Source of the DNA: Escherichia phage p000y
Length of the DNA: 64,000 nucleotides
Sequence record: MK047718.1
Direction: 5' to 3' (one strand)
The translations under genes were made by a program, and so were the position numbers. Shown here piece after piece: positions 1 through 9,379 of the stretch. Every line of letters begins with the position of its first letter. Positions within the stretch are counted from its first letter, which is position 1. The notes under the pieces were generated by a model that saw only the letters and a list, made by a program, of their open reading frames with translations, ran no database searches and was not told the DNA's origin.

Positions 1-432
1 AGCGTTAGAACGGACAGGACCAATTGCATAAAAACCGCCCTTAGTGCTGATATCACCGGTACGAGCGTTAATTACAACAGTTCGGTCCGCTGAACCTTGT
101 GATGACTTAAAACCAATACCATTCCACGAAACGATGTCAATATTTGCCATATCAAAAGTAGCTGCATCACCGTTACCTGGATAAACACCACACTGTTGAC
201 TACTACCTACAGTAGGAACATGTACTCCTCCATTAAATCGAACAGTTGCAGCGTAAGTACCACCATTAGCTTTAGAAACGAAATCGTTATCAGCCGCTTG
301 TGGTTTATTATATTCTGAATAAAGTTTAAACGTTTTATACAGGACGTCATCACCTGCTGGCATTAAAGGGAAATTACCTTGATGCCATATGACAGCACCG
401 CCAGTTGTACTACCAGCTTTTAAATCGGCCAT
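1..432 (-). CDS. 36: Long tail fiber proximal connector gp36 (partial, N-terminal 144 codons; continues beyond window start)
   Basis: Minus-strand ATG at 432 preceded by late promoter; translation MADLKAGSTTGGAVIWHQGNFPLMPAGDD... read by hand, no stops to position 1; position downstream of gene 35 as in T4. Confidence 0.8.
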   Translation of the reverse strand, partial: MADLKAGSTTGGAVIWHQGNFPLMPAGDDVLYKTFKLYSEYNKPQAADNDFVSKANGGTYAATVRFNGGVHVPTVGSSQQCGVYPGNGDAATFDMANIDIVSWNGIGFKSSQGSADRTVVINARTGDISTKGGFYAIGPVRSNA

Positions 433-456
433 AGTTGTCTCCTTATATGTATACCA

Positions 457-464
457 TATTTATA
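457..464 (-). promoter_or_regulatory. T4-type late promoter (TATAAATA) for gene 36
   Basis: Plus-strand tatttata 25 nt upstream of gene 36 ATG, just downstream of gene 35 terminator hairpin. Confidence 0.7.
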
Positions 465-471
465 CAAAAAT

Positions 472-489
472 GGGAGACCGAAGTCTCCC
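472..489 (-). terminator. Tetraloop hairpin GGGAGAC-UUCG-GUCUCCC after gene 35 (terminator / mRNA stabiliser)
   Basis: Perfect 7-bp inverted repeat with 4-nt loop; U-run follows on minus strand. Confidence 0.7.
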
Positions 490-494
490 TAAAT

Positions 495-1622
495 TTATTC
501 TGATGCTTCTTTAAATTCTTGTCCAAATACCTTACCAGTATCAGTTGAAGATTGAGTAGGTAATGTCATTATGTCTGGAGCACTTAAAGATTCTGAAACA
601 TAATTTACACGAATACCATTTATACCAAACTCAGCAGGTTTTGAAACGCTTCCATTACATGATACTTCAGTGAATATAACGTTTCTTAATCCGCCTTGCC
701 CGACTGGAGCTGTACGATAACAATAAATCGTGAACCCGTCAGCACCAGCAGGAATTTCTATGTAGTCTTCATATATCTTCCATTCACCTGCGCCCCCATC
801 AAAGTTTATATCCTTAAATGAAATAGGTGAAGTAGAAGGAGATTTAAAGAAACGAATAGAAAGTCGTGTCGTCCCTTGTGCTAACAAATCGGCATCGGCC
901 ATTAGTTGGAATTTCATATAAAGGAAATCTCCAGGCTTCAATTTATACCCAGCGAGAGGTGTAATAAGGGATGTTGTAGGCATCCTTTTAATTTCATTAT
1001 TAGTACCTCCAATGGCAGATAAAAATGTGTCTGACGATTCATACGTACGTCTAGGGAAGCCGGTAGCACCAATATCATCGATCGTGTCGTACACAACATC
1101 AAGTGGTGTACTATAGTCGGTTGAAGTTTTCTTATTACTATACTTAATATGTTCTAGTGCTATAGCATTCTTACCAGAAATATAAAATGCAGAATAAGAA
1201 ATGTCCACTATATTTAAAACTTGTTGAGCTAATGGAATAGCAGAACTCCCAGCTTTAGTAAACCATGCAAGAACTTCTGGTGGAAAGTTTGTTTTAGCGT
1301 TAGTAACAAGAGCAAATATAAAATTTGAAGCATATGTGTCCATGAAAGTAACAAATGCACTTGACGTGGTGTCGTTTTCAGTAGAGAAATTATATGTCTT
1401 AGATTCAACTACTGCACCTGTTGTAGGATTTATTACACGAACGTTTAATCCAACGGAAAAAACCTGGGACCCAAGTGGATTATCCTGGAACTTAATATAA
1501 GCAGGAGATGTTGATAGCGGGCAAGAGCCCGCTATGCTTAATTTAAATCGTACTGAATTGCTTTCCGATAAAAATGGCGTTTGGACGTATCCTTGTCCAA
1601 ACTTAGCCATAAATTTTTCCAT
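495..1622 (-). CDS. 35: Long tail fiber hinge protein gp35
   Basis: 375-aa ORF; size matches T4 gp35 (~372 aa); lies between gp34 and gp36 homologs. Confidence 0.85.
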   Translation of the reverse strand: MEKFMAKFGQGYVQTPFLSESNSVRFKLSIAGSCPLSTSPAYIKFQDNPLGSQVFSVGLNVRVINPTTGAVVESKTYNFSTENDTTSSAFVTFMDTYASNFIFALVTNAKTNFPPEVLAWFTKAGSSAIPLAQQVLNIVDISYSAFYISGKNAIALEHIKYSNKKTSTDYSTPLDVVYDTIDDIGATGFPRRTYESSDTFLSAIGGTNNEIKRMPTTSLITPLAGYKLKPGDFLYMKFQLMADADLLAQGTTRLSIRFFKSPSTSPISFKDINFDGGAGEWKIYEDYIEIPAGADGFTIYCYRTAPVGQGGLRNVIFTEVSCNGSVSKPAEFGINGIRVNYVSESLSAPDIMTLPTQSSTDTGKVFGQEFKEASE

Positions 1623-1630
1623 AATACCTC

Positions 1631-4600
1631 TTATTCAATCCACTCGAATTTAACAGATTTATTCACAGGGTCTGGAATAATGCGGACATTACCAATCCTT
1701 AAGAAATCCCTTATTGTCAAGTTTCCGATTGTTGCATTATCAGAAGGTAAAGCACCAATATCAGATGGCTGAGGAGGGTTACCCCCATCAAATACTTGAA
1801 CAAAACTTGACCAAGAATTTTTAGTTTTCTGCCATGTACGAGTCCAACGGGTTGTACGTGCTTCTGGGGTTGTTGGATAAGTAATCCAATCTTGGTAAAG
1901 TGAATCAAGTGTGTTACCAAACTGAGTCAGTGTACCAGGAGATTTAACTTCTTCGCCACGTTCTAAGTATGGAAGCCCAGTCACTTCATTAGTTTTTTCA
2001 ACCATTTTAAAATAACCTGGGAACTGGTTATAAGTGGCTGAATCGTTAATATCAATTGACCAGAATCCTACATTATCAGATGTTGGCGCACGGGTATATA
2101 AATCGGATGTTTTAGTACCCTGAGAACGAATTCTCGAGTTAACAGTCAAACCGCCAGAATTTATAGTAGCACCTTTGGCAATGATTAAGCTTTCACCAAT
2201 CGTAACTTGACCGGATTGATTATTAATTGATAATGGACGTAATCCATTAAATCCACCGGTCTGATCACCAGATGCAGTAAGCATAAAATATGTGCTGCCA
2301 CCATCATTGCGAATAAAGAATCCGTAATCACCACTAATTGCTCTGAAAGCATTTGCAGACTTGCTAATGAATTCGCCATTGGCTGTAACTGAACGACCAA
2401 ATGTTGCAACGCCATTCGCATTTAACATGCCGGATGCGTTAACATTTATTGGCATCACAGTACCATTGATACTAAACGTTATATTCCCGGCTTTATTACG
2501 TTGAGAATAAAAGTGATTAGATGTTTCATCGCCAACTTCAAATACAGTAGAACGTGTTGTATCTGAACCACCACCAAATTCATTTCCCCAAACTCTGATA
2601 GTCATCGTCTGTGCTGGGTTAGTTCCAGTTTGAGGTCCTTTCTCAAAAATCAGACGAGTTGCCGTTCCAGTATTAGAAATAGTTAATGTACTATTTGCCG
2701 AAACTGAACCACCAAACGTAGCAGTACTAGATGATACAAGAGGGGCACTCAGATTCGTTTGTTGGGTTAAGGTTAGTGAACCATTAACCGTCTGTGCAAT
2801 GTCCCTACGAATGAACTGAGATGAATCTAGGCCATCTAATAAATTTGCGTCAGCAGCTTTTGCTTTTAATGGCAAATAGTTAGCAAGTACACGGTTTAAT
2901 TCATATGGAGAAATAGCATAACTATTTTTTTCATATGATTCTAAAGGTTGTGTTGAACCAACTGTATCATTACCAACGAATGTAATTGAACCAGATGAAG
3001 TTTTAACAAAACCTCTTATTGCAGTAGTAGCAGCCCATGTCGGTTCATTCTGGACAATCCATTTTAAATTCTTAGGAGATACAGCAGTATTAGCAGAAGT
3101 TCCTGTTACAGTTTCAGCCTGAGTAGCAACCTTAATTACGCCTTCAGACGTTTCAGTGGACTTAGTCCCTAAAAGCTTTTTAGGAGTAATAAGAACATCA
3201 TCTAAAGTTCCTGCATTAGATTCTGCTTGGGTCGCTACACGAAGTGTACCACGTTGTGTTTCATTTGCTTTAGAAATATCAAGAGTATAATGGTTCCACA
3301 AGGTTCCTTCTTCAATAAGTCCGGAATCAGAATTAACACTGGTACGGTCAGAAGAATCAAAATGAGTTTTAATTTTCAGTGGAGTTGAGATACGAGTATC
3401 ATCAGTTCCAGTATCAAATTCAACTTGCGTAGCAAGTTCGGCTATGCCGGATAATCCTTCCGTAGCTTTCCTATCATTTAACGTCTTAGGCGTTACTGCA
3501 CGTGTATAATCAGTCCCAGCATTAGTTTCTGTTTGCGTAGCAATTTCAATTAAACCAATACGTCCATCAGTAGAAGTTTTCTTATGTAGTGTTTCAGGAG
3601 TTACTACAGCGTGAGAATAACCTGCTTGAGATTGGCCGGCAATTACTTCACTATCAACAGCTAAAATTACTGCACCTTGTTGAGCATAAGTTGCTTTATA
3701 TTGGTCAAGGGCTTTAGGAGAAATAGTTAAATTATTTACGGTTTTATTATAAACGTTAGTGCCTGCGGTACCACGAGTTTCAGCAGGAGTAGCAGAAGTA
3801 GTTGATACATATTTAACTATACCAGATAGTGTTTCAGAACCCTGACGGGCCTGTAATTTCTTAGGCGTAATAATCGTTGTGTCATCAAGACCAGCATCGG
3901 TTTCAGCCTGAGTAGCAATTTCAGCAAGACCGCGACGAGTTTCAGTTGCTGTACGCCCATTTAGTTTTTTAGGCGTAACAATAGTATCGTCCACAAATGT
4001 TGCTGTGGAATTCTGGTTAACTTGTGCTGTTGTAGCAATTTTAGCGATACCACGTCGAGCTTCAGTTGCTGTACGATTTGCCAACGTTTCAGGAGTAATA
4101 GCCACTTCTTTAGCCGGAGTATTCTCTAAATCAACATTTGCTTGCGCTTGAGTAGCAAGAGCAATAACACCTAAACGAGCTCGTGTAGCATCAGTTCCAG
4201 CATCAACACGTTCTACCGTAGGGACGTTTTGTTGAACGACCCAATAACGTGTACCAGCAACGGTGTCTTCGATATACGCTAATTCTAATACAGGAACATA
4301 TGAAGTAGTGCCATTGAATTCTAGTTCAGTAACAGAGACCCATTGAGCATCAGGTGGATATTCAGAACGTTTAGGGAACTGAAGCAATGCAACAGAAGAA
4401 GCAATTGTATCACCTTCGGCAGCTTTAATTTTTACTGTTTGGCCTTTACGCATGTAGTTCATTGAAATTTTAACAGTGTCACCACTCAAAATTCCGGAAG
4501 GCAGCGTAAGATTAATAGTTCCGGCTGTAGCGTTATTTGTGCCAAAAATAAGAACTTCTTCATTTGGACGAATATTTGAATCCGCACGGATAATACGAAG

Positions 4601-5506
4601 ACGCGATTTCTGGTCGCCTTCCCATATACGCCATAAACTATTTGCAGCATCAAAAACAAAAAACGCGTCAGAGTCATTTCTGCCTTCGGCAATATGAGTC
4701 CCGACTTCACCAATAGACGTTGTATCATCAAATGTTTTAACAATTGTATGATACAGTGGGTTTAATTTATCTAAATCAACTAGGTGGATTATATCACCGT
4801 TGTTAGCATTACGTGGAAGTGTAATGTTGATTGGTGCTGCACTAGTAAAACGACGAACGATAAAATCATTTGCTTGTGCTTGATATGGTGTCGCAGGTGT
4901 AACAGTGATTGATTCTTTACCATAATCGGTAATATACATCTGCCACAAACGATTACTAAACACAAACAATAGTTGTGAACGTGGGCGCGTCATTAAAACC
5001 GTACGAACTTGTTCACCTCTAAAGTTTAAAATACTCTGTACAGACGCGTTAATCTGTACTTTAACTGTCCCGGTTCTTCCACCAATATCAGCCAAAACAA
5101 CAGTATCACCATCAACCGGCGTATTTGGCAACGTGAAAACCATATCATTGCCGGCACCAGTGTTAACCGAAATAGATTCACCTGAAGAAAGTTGATAAGT
5201 CCCAGAAGCGACAGTTATCCATTGTGCATCAGTACGAACTGCACGCCATTGTAAAAGGTTAAATGCCCCGGAAGGAGACACGATATCATTTATTGCTTGA
5301 TATAAACGGTTGTCATAAAGAACAACAAATCCTTTGTTATATCCACGCGTAGAATCATATACTTGAACGGTGTTTTCTTGTACCAGGAAGTCAACGTTTA
5401 CGCCATCAGTACCTACTGTACGGTCGGCTAATGCTACGTTAACAATCTTGTCGCCACCGGCGTCCAGACCGTCTTCGGCTCTGAACTTACGTTTGATGTC
5501 GGCCAT
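1631..5506 (-). CDS. 34: Long tail fiber proximal subunit gp34
   Basis: 1291-aa ORF (T4 gp34 ~1289 aa); repeated GxxxIAT(Q)AE tail-fiber motifs; adjacent and divergent to rnh as in T4. Confidence 0.9.
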   Translation of the reverse strand: MADIKRKFRAEDGLDAGGDKIVNVALADRTVGTDGVNVDFLVQENTVQVYDSTRGYNKGFVVLYDNRLYQAINDIVSPSGAFNLLQWRAVRTDAQWITVASGTYQLSSGESISVNTGAGNDMVFTLPNTPVDGDTVVLADIGGRTGTVKVQINASVQSILNFRGEQVRTVLMTRPRSQLLFVFSNRLWQMYITDYGKESITVTPATPYQAQANDFIVRRFTSAAPINITLPRNANNGDIIHLVDLDKLNPLYHTIVKTFDDTTSIGEVGTHIAEGRNDSDAFFVFDAANSLWRIWEGDQKSRLRIIRADSNIRPNEEVLIFGTNNATAGTINLTLPSGILSGDTVKISMNYMRKGQTVKIKAAEGDTIASSVALLQFPKRSEYPPDAQWVSVTELEFNGTTSYVPVLELAYIEDTVAGTRYWVVQQNVPTVERVDAGTDATRARLGVIALATQAQANVDLENTPAKEVAITPETLANRTATEARRGIAKIATTAQVNQNSTATFVDDTIVTPKKLNGRTATETRRGLAEIATQAETDAGLDDTTIITPKKLQARQGSETLSGIVKYVSTTSATPAETRGTAGTNVYNKTVNNLTISPKALDQYKATYAQQGAVILAVDSEVIAGQSQAGYSHAVVTPETLHKKTSTDGRIGLIEIATQTETNAGTDYTRAVTPKTLNDRKATEGLSGIAELATQVEFDTGTDDTRISTPLKIKTHFDSSDRTSVNSDSGLIEEGTLWNHYTLDISKANETQRGTLRVATQAESNAGTLDDVLITPKKLLGTKSTETSEGVIKVATQAETVTGTSANTAVSPKNLKWIVQNEPTWAATTAIRGFVKTSSGSITFVGNDTVGSTQPLESYEKNSYAISPYELNRVLANYLPLKAKAADANLLDGLDSSQFIRRDIAQTVNGSLTLTQQTNLSAPLVSSSTATFGGSVSANSTLTISNTGTATRLIFEKGPQTGTNPAQTMTIRVWGNEFGGGSDTTRSTVFEVGDETSNHFYSQRNKAGNITFSINGTVMPINVNASGMLNANGVATFGRSVTANGEFISKSANAFRAISGDYGFFIRNDGGSTYFMLTASGDQTGGFNGLRPLSINNQSGQVTIGESLIIAKGATINSGGLTVNSRIRSQGTKTSDLYTRAPTSDNVGFWSIDINDSATYNQFPGYFKMVEKTNEVTGLPYLERGEEVKSPGTLTQFGNTLDSLYQDWITYPTTPEARTTRWTRTWQKTKNSWSSFVQVFDGGNPPQPSDIGALPSDNATIGNLTIRDFLRIGNVRIIPDPVNKSVKFEWIE

Positions 5507-5536
5507 TCGTTTTTCCTTTATTGTTTCAATAATACT

Positions 5537-5544
5537 TATTTATA
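5537..5544 (-). promoter_or_regulatory. Late promoter (TATAAATA) for gene 34
   Basis: tatttata on plus strand ~30 nt upstream of gene 34 ATG. Confidence 0.7.
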
Positions 5545-5547
5545 CCA

Positions 5548-5577
5548 GTTTACGCTTTCAAATGAGTGTGTTACTAT
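5548..5577 (+). promoter_or_regulatory. T4 early promoter (GTTTAC-N18-TACTAT) for rnh
   Basis: Match to T4 early promoter consensus; ~30 nt upstream of rnh ATG. Confidence 0.65.
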
Positions 5578-5609
5578 AGACAAGTTGACTAACTGAACAA
5601 GAGGTTCAT

Positions 5610-6527
5610 ATGGATTTAGAAATGATGTTGGATGAAGATTACAAAGAAGGTATTGCGCTTGCCGACTTTAGTAACATTGCACTGGCAGCCGCATTAAACA
5701 ACTTTGAAGACGGCGATAAAATTACAGTTCCAATGGTTCGCCATGTAATCTTGAATTCAATTCGTAAAAACGTAGTGATGTTCCGTAAGCAAGGCTATAC
5801 AAAATTTGTATTGTGTATGGATAATGCTACTTCGGGTTATTGGCGTCGAGACTTTGCTTACTATTACAAGAAAAATCGTAAAACCGATCGTGAAGCTTCA
5901 AAGTGGGATTGGGAAGGATATTTTACTGCACTCCATCAAGTTGTTGATGAGATTAAGAAATACATGCCATACGTTGTAATGGATATTGACAAGTATGAAG
6001 CGGATGACCATATCGGTGTATTAACTAAATATTTGTCATTAGCTGGACATAAAGTATGTATTGTTGCATCAGATGGTGACTTTACACAATTACACAAATA
6101 TCCTAACGTTAAACAGTGGTCGCCACCACAGAAAAAATGGGTTAAAATTAAGAATGGTTCTGCTGAAATTGATTGCATGACTAAAATTCTTAAAGGTGAC
6201 CGTAAGGATGGTGTTGCATCTGTTCGAGTTCGTGGCGACTTCTGGTTTACCAGAGTTGATGGTGAACGAACTCCGAGTATGAAAACATCGATTATTGAAG
6301 CAATTGCCAATGACCGTTCTCAAGCTGAAGTATTATTAAGTGCAGAAGAATATAAACGGTATCAAGAAAATTTGGTTCTCATTGATTTTGATTATATCCC
6401 TGATAATATTGCTTCAACCATTATAGAGTATTATAACTCGTATAAACAACAACCTAAAGGCAAGATTTATTCATACTTTGTAAAATCTGGTCTTTCTAAA
6501 TTAACAAGTGTAATTAATGAATTCTGA
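5610..6527 (+). CDS. rnh: RNase H (5'-3' exonuclease / flap endonuclease)
   Basis: 305 aa, N-terminus MDLEMMLDEDYKEGI... matches remembered T4 RNase H (305 aa); synteny. Confidence 0.93.
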   Translation: MDLEMMLDEDYKEGIALADFSNIALAAALNNFEDGDKITVPMVRHVILNSIRKNVVMFRKQGYTKFVLCMDNATSGYWRRDFAYYYKKNRKTDREASKWDWEGYFTALHQVVDEIKKYMPYVVMDIDKYEADDHIGVLTKYLSLAGHKVCIVASDGDFTQLHKYPNVKQWSPPQKKWVKIKNGSAEIDCMTKILKGDRKDGVASVRVRGDFWFTRVDGERTPSMKTSIIEAIANDRSQAEVLLSAEEYKRYQENLVLIDFDYIPDNIASTIIEYYNSYKQQPKGKIYSYFVKSGLSKLTSVINEF

Positions 6528-6534
6528 GGTAAAC

Positions 6535-6804
6535 ATGGCTAAGAAAGAAGCAGTTGAATTTAATCAAGATGTGCACGGTGAAGAACTGGCTAAACTAGTC
6601 AAGGAAGCTTCCGATAACAAACTTAAAATTTCTGGTTATAATGAACTGATTAAAGACATTCGTACTCGTGCTAAAGAAGAGCTTGGTGTTGATGGAAAAA
6701 TGTTTAATCGTTTGTTAGCTCTTTATCATAAAGACGCTCGTGACCAATTTGAAGCTGAAAACGAAGAGGTAGTCGAGCTTTATGACACAGTTTTCACTAA
6801 GTGA
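6535..6804 (+). CDS. dsbA: dsDNA-binding late transcription enhancer DsbA
   Basis: ATG at 6535 with GAGG RBS gives 89 aa MAKKEAVEF..., matching T4 DsbA length and sequence; track ORF begins upstream at 6517. Confidence 0.85.
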   Translation: MAKKEAVEFNQDVHGEELAKLVKEASDNKLKISGYNELIKDIRTRAKEELGVDGKMFNRLLALYHKDARDQFEAENEEVVELYDTVFTK

Positions 6805-7120
6805 TATTAAACCGGTTGATGAGGCCGGTTTATCTGAACAAGAATTAGCAGTAAAACACGATAAAGATGATATCGCTAAATTGCTTGACCGACAAGAAAA
6901 CGGATTCATTATCGAATCCATGGTTGAACAATTTGGTATGTCTTATTTAGAAGCAACAACTGCTTTCTTGGAAGAAAATTCTATTCCAGAAACACAATTT
7001 GCTAAATTTATTCCTACAGGAATTGTTGAAAAAATTACAAGCGAAGCAATTGACGAAAACATGCTTCGCCCATCAGTTGCTCGTGGTGAAAAAACTAATA
7101 CGTTAGATTTCTTATTATGA
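6782..7120 (+). CDS. 33: Late transcription co-activator gp33
   Basis: 112 aa, MTQFSLSDIKPVDE...TNTLDFLL matches T4 gp33 (112 aa). Confidence 0.9.
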   Translation: MTQFSLSDIKPVDEAGLSEQELAVKHDKDDIAKLLDRQENGFIIESMVEQFGMSYLEATTAFLEENSIPETQFAKFIPTGIVEKITSEAIDENMLRPSVARGEKTNTLDFLL

Positions 7121-7770
7121 TTAAAATACGCATGCCTCCTGATGGAGAACGTTATATTAACGGAAAATCGGTATACAAACTATACTTGATGTGCAAACAA
7201 CATTTTAATGGTCGGTATGACGTAATCAAATATAACTGGTGCATGCGTGTTTCGGATAATGCGTATCAAAAACGCCGAGATAAATATTTCTTTGAAAAAC
7301 TAGCAGAGAAATATAAATTGAAGGAACTCACCTTGATATTCATAAGCAACTTAGTTGCTAACCAAGACGCATGGATTGGTGAGATATCAGACGCTGATGC
7401 ATTAGTTTTCTATAGGGAATATATTGGACGTCTCAAACAAGCTAAAGAGACGTTTTCTGAAGACGTACGTAACATCTACTATTTCAGTAAGAAAGTTGAA
7501 GTTAGTGCGCTTCAAGAGATATTTGATTATAATAACAACGTTCAGTCGAGCTACATATTCAAATTGCTACAAAGCAATATAATTTCATTTGAGACTTTCT
7601 TATTGTTAGACTCGTTTTTGAATATTATAGATAAGCACGACGAACTCACTGACAATTTAGTGTGGCAAAATTATTCTACCAAATTAAAGGCATATCGAAA
7701 AATACTTCAAATCGATGGAAATGCTGCTAAGAAATTGTTCATAGAAACAATCAAATCATGTAAGTATTAA
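7117..7770 (+). CDS. 59: Helicase loader gp59
   Basis: 217 aa, same length as T4 gp59; located between 33 and 32. Confidence 0.9.
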   Translation: MIKIRMPPDGERYINGKSVYKLYLMCKQHFNGRYDVIKYNWCMRVSDNAYQKRRDKYFFEKLAEKYKLKELTLIFISNLVANQDAWIGEISDADALVFYREYIGRLKQAKETFSEDVRNIYYFSKKVEVSALQEIFDYNNNVQSSYIFKLLQSNIISFETFLLLDSFLNIIDKHDELTDNLVWQNYSTKLKAYRKILQIDGNAAKKLFIETIKSCKY

Positions 7771-7799
7771 GCTTTATTTCTTGTGTGTTAAAATTACTT

Positions 7800-7807
7800 T
7801 ATAAATA
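7800..7807 (+). promoter_or_regulatory. Late promoter (TATAAATA) upstream of gene 32
   Basis: Exact TATAAATA; T4 gene 32 is known to have a late promoter. Confidence 0.6.
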
Positions 7808-7814
7808 AATCATA

Positions 7815-7895
7815 CCAGCTACGAGGTATAAGTGTCGTAGCAACCAACTGTAAATAAATTAAATAATTTAAATAATCTAAATAAAGGTAAATATA
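7815..7895 (+). promoter_or_regulatory. Gene 32 translational operator (hairpin/pseudoknot plus AU-rich UUAAA repeats)
   Basis: Stem GCUACG...CGUAGC at 7818-7841 followed by aaataaattaaataatttaaataatctaaataaa up to the ATG, resembling the T4 gp32 autoregulatory site. Confidence 0.55.
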
Positions 7896-8798
7896 ATGTT
7901 TAAACGTAAATCTACTGCTGACCTCGCTGCTCAAATGGCTAAACTGAACGGTAACAAAGGTTTCTCTTCAGAAGATAAAGGCGAATGGAAGCTGAAGCTA
8001 GATGCATCCGGTAATGGTCAAGCGGTAATTCGTTTCTTGCCAGCAAAAACTGATGATGCACTACCATTTGCAATTCTTGTTAACCACGGTTTCAAGAAAA
8101 ATGGTAAATGGTATATTGAAAATTGCTCTTCTACACATGGTGATTACGACTCTTGTCCTGTATGTCAGTACATTAGTAAAAATGACCTGTACAATACCAA
8201 CAAAGCTGAATATTCTCAACTGAAACGTAAAACTTCTTATTGGGCTAATATTCTGGTTGTTAAAGACCCTCAAGCTCCAGATAATGAAGGTAAAGTATTT
8301 AAATATCGTTTCGGTAAAAAGATTTGGGACAAAATCAATGCAATGATTGCAGTTGATACCGAAATGGGTGAAACTCCAGTTGATGTTACTTGTCCGTTTG
8401 AAGGTGCTAACTTCGTTCTGAAAGCTAAGCAGGTTTCTGGTTTTAGCAACTATGACGAATCTAAATTCTTGGGTCAATCTGAAATTCCTCGTATTAATGA
8501 CGAAGCATTCCAGAAAGAACTATATGACCAGATGGTAGACCTTACCACTTTGACGGCTAAAGACCAGTTCAAATCCTTTGAAAAATTAAATGAATCTTTC
8601 GCTAAGGTTCTTGGTACTGCCGCTCTTGGTGGTGCAGCAGCCGCAGCAGCTTCTGTTGCAGATAAAGTTGCTTCTGACCTTGACGATTTTGATAAAGACA
8701 TGGAAGCCTTTAGTTCTGCAAAAACTGAAGATGACTTCATGAGTTCTACCTCATCCTCTGATGATGGTGACCTCGATGACCTGTTAGCTGGTCTATAA
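7896..8798 (+). CDS. 32: ssDNA-binding protein gp32
   Basis: 300 aa, [36 protein letters not shown]..., acidic C-terminus; near-identical to remembered T4 gp32. Confidence 0.95.
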   Translation: MFKRKSTADLAAQMAKLNGNKGFSSEDKGEWKLKLDASGNGQAVIRFLPAKTDDALPFAILVNHGFKKNGKWYIENCSSTHGDYDSCPVCQYISKNDLYNTNKAEYSQLKRKTSYWANILVVKDPQAPDNEGKVFKYRFGKKIWDKINAMIAVDTEMGETPVDVTCPFEGANFVLKAKQVSGFSNYDESKFLGQSEIPRINDEAFQKELYDQMVDLTTLTAKDQFKSFEKLNESFAKVLGTAALGGAAAAAASVADKVASDLDDFDKDMEAFSSAKTEDDFMSSTSSSDDGDLDDLLAGL

Positions 8799-8804
8799 TA
8801 AATC

Positions 8805-8822
8805 GGGAGACTTCGGTCTCCC
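8805..8822 (+). terminator. Tetraloop terminator GGGAGAC-UUCG-GUCUCCC + U-run after gene 32
   Basis: 7-bp GC-rich stem, UUCG loop, followed by TTTT. Confidence 0.8.
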
Positions 8823-8853
8823 TTTTGAGTATCTGTAAATTGCCGAAAAAGTT

Positions 8854-8883
8854 GTTTACTTCTTCCCTGGATGTATTAGTATA
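8854..8883 (+). promoter_or_regulatory. T4 early promoter upstream of ORF 8912
   Basis: GTTTAC + ~18 nt + TAGTAT; followed by conserved leader caacaacatgaggaaa. Confidence 0.6.
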
Positions 8884-8911
8884 GACATATCAACAACATG
8901 AGGAAATCAAA

Positions 8912-9316
8912 ATGGAAATCGGAAAATCTTATATCATTAACCCTTTATTTAAAGACGACTTTGTTCAAGAAGCACCACATAATAACGCTAAGATGTTAAA
9001 ACTGATTGAACTCCATGGGCCTAGTTTTGTTGTAAACGGAATGGAACCTGATTACGATAGCGATACGCCAAACGTAGTAAGTGTAACTATGGAAGATGGT
9101 ACTGTATGTTCTGCCGGTGGTGAAATTGAAACTTATTTTGAGATTTATCCTGATGAGTTCAAATACTTTATTGAGTACTTTACTGAGGTAGATTTAGTAA
9201 AGCCTCAACCTACTAACGAAGGTATAACTTTAGGTGTAACAAAAATCCATTGTATCGTAGATGAAACCAACGTCGACGAAATCATCGAACTTTTGCAAAA
9301 AACTTTTAAAAAGTAG
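8912..9316 (+). CDS. Hypothetical acidic protein (32.1/segG locus)
   Basis: 134-aa ORF with own early promoter and AGGA RBS; no recognisable motif. Confidence 0.6.
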   Translation: MEIGKSYIINPLFKDDFVQEAPHNNAKMLKLIELHGPSFVVNGMEPDYDSDTPNVVSVTMEDGTVCSAGGEIETYFEIYPDEFKYFIEYFTEVDLVKPQPTNEGITLGVTKIHCIVDETNVDEIIELLQKTFKK

Positions 9317-9345
9317 TTTACAATCAGATAGGGTTATGTTATAGT
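9316..9345 (+). promoter_or_regulatory. T4 early promoter
   Basis: GTTTAC-N18-TATAGT. Confidence 0.6.
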
Positions 9346-9379
9346 AGCCCTATCAAATAAAAGTGAAGAGGAGAATAAA

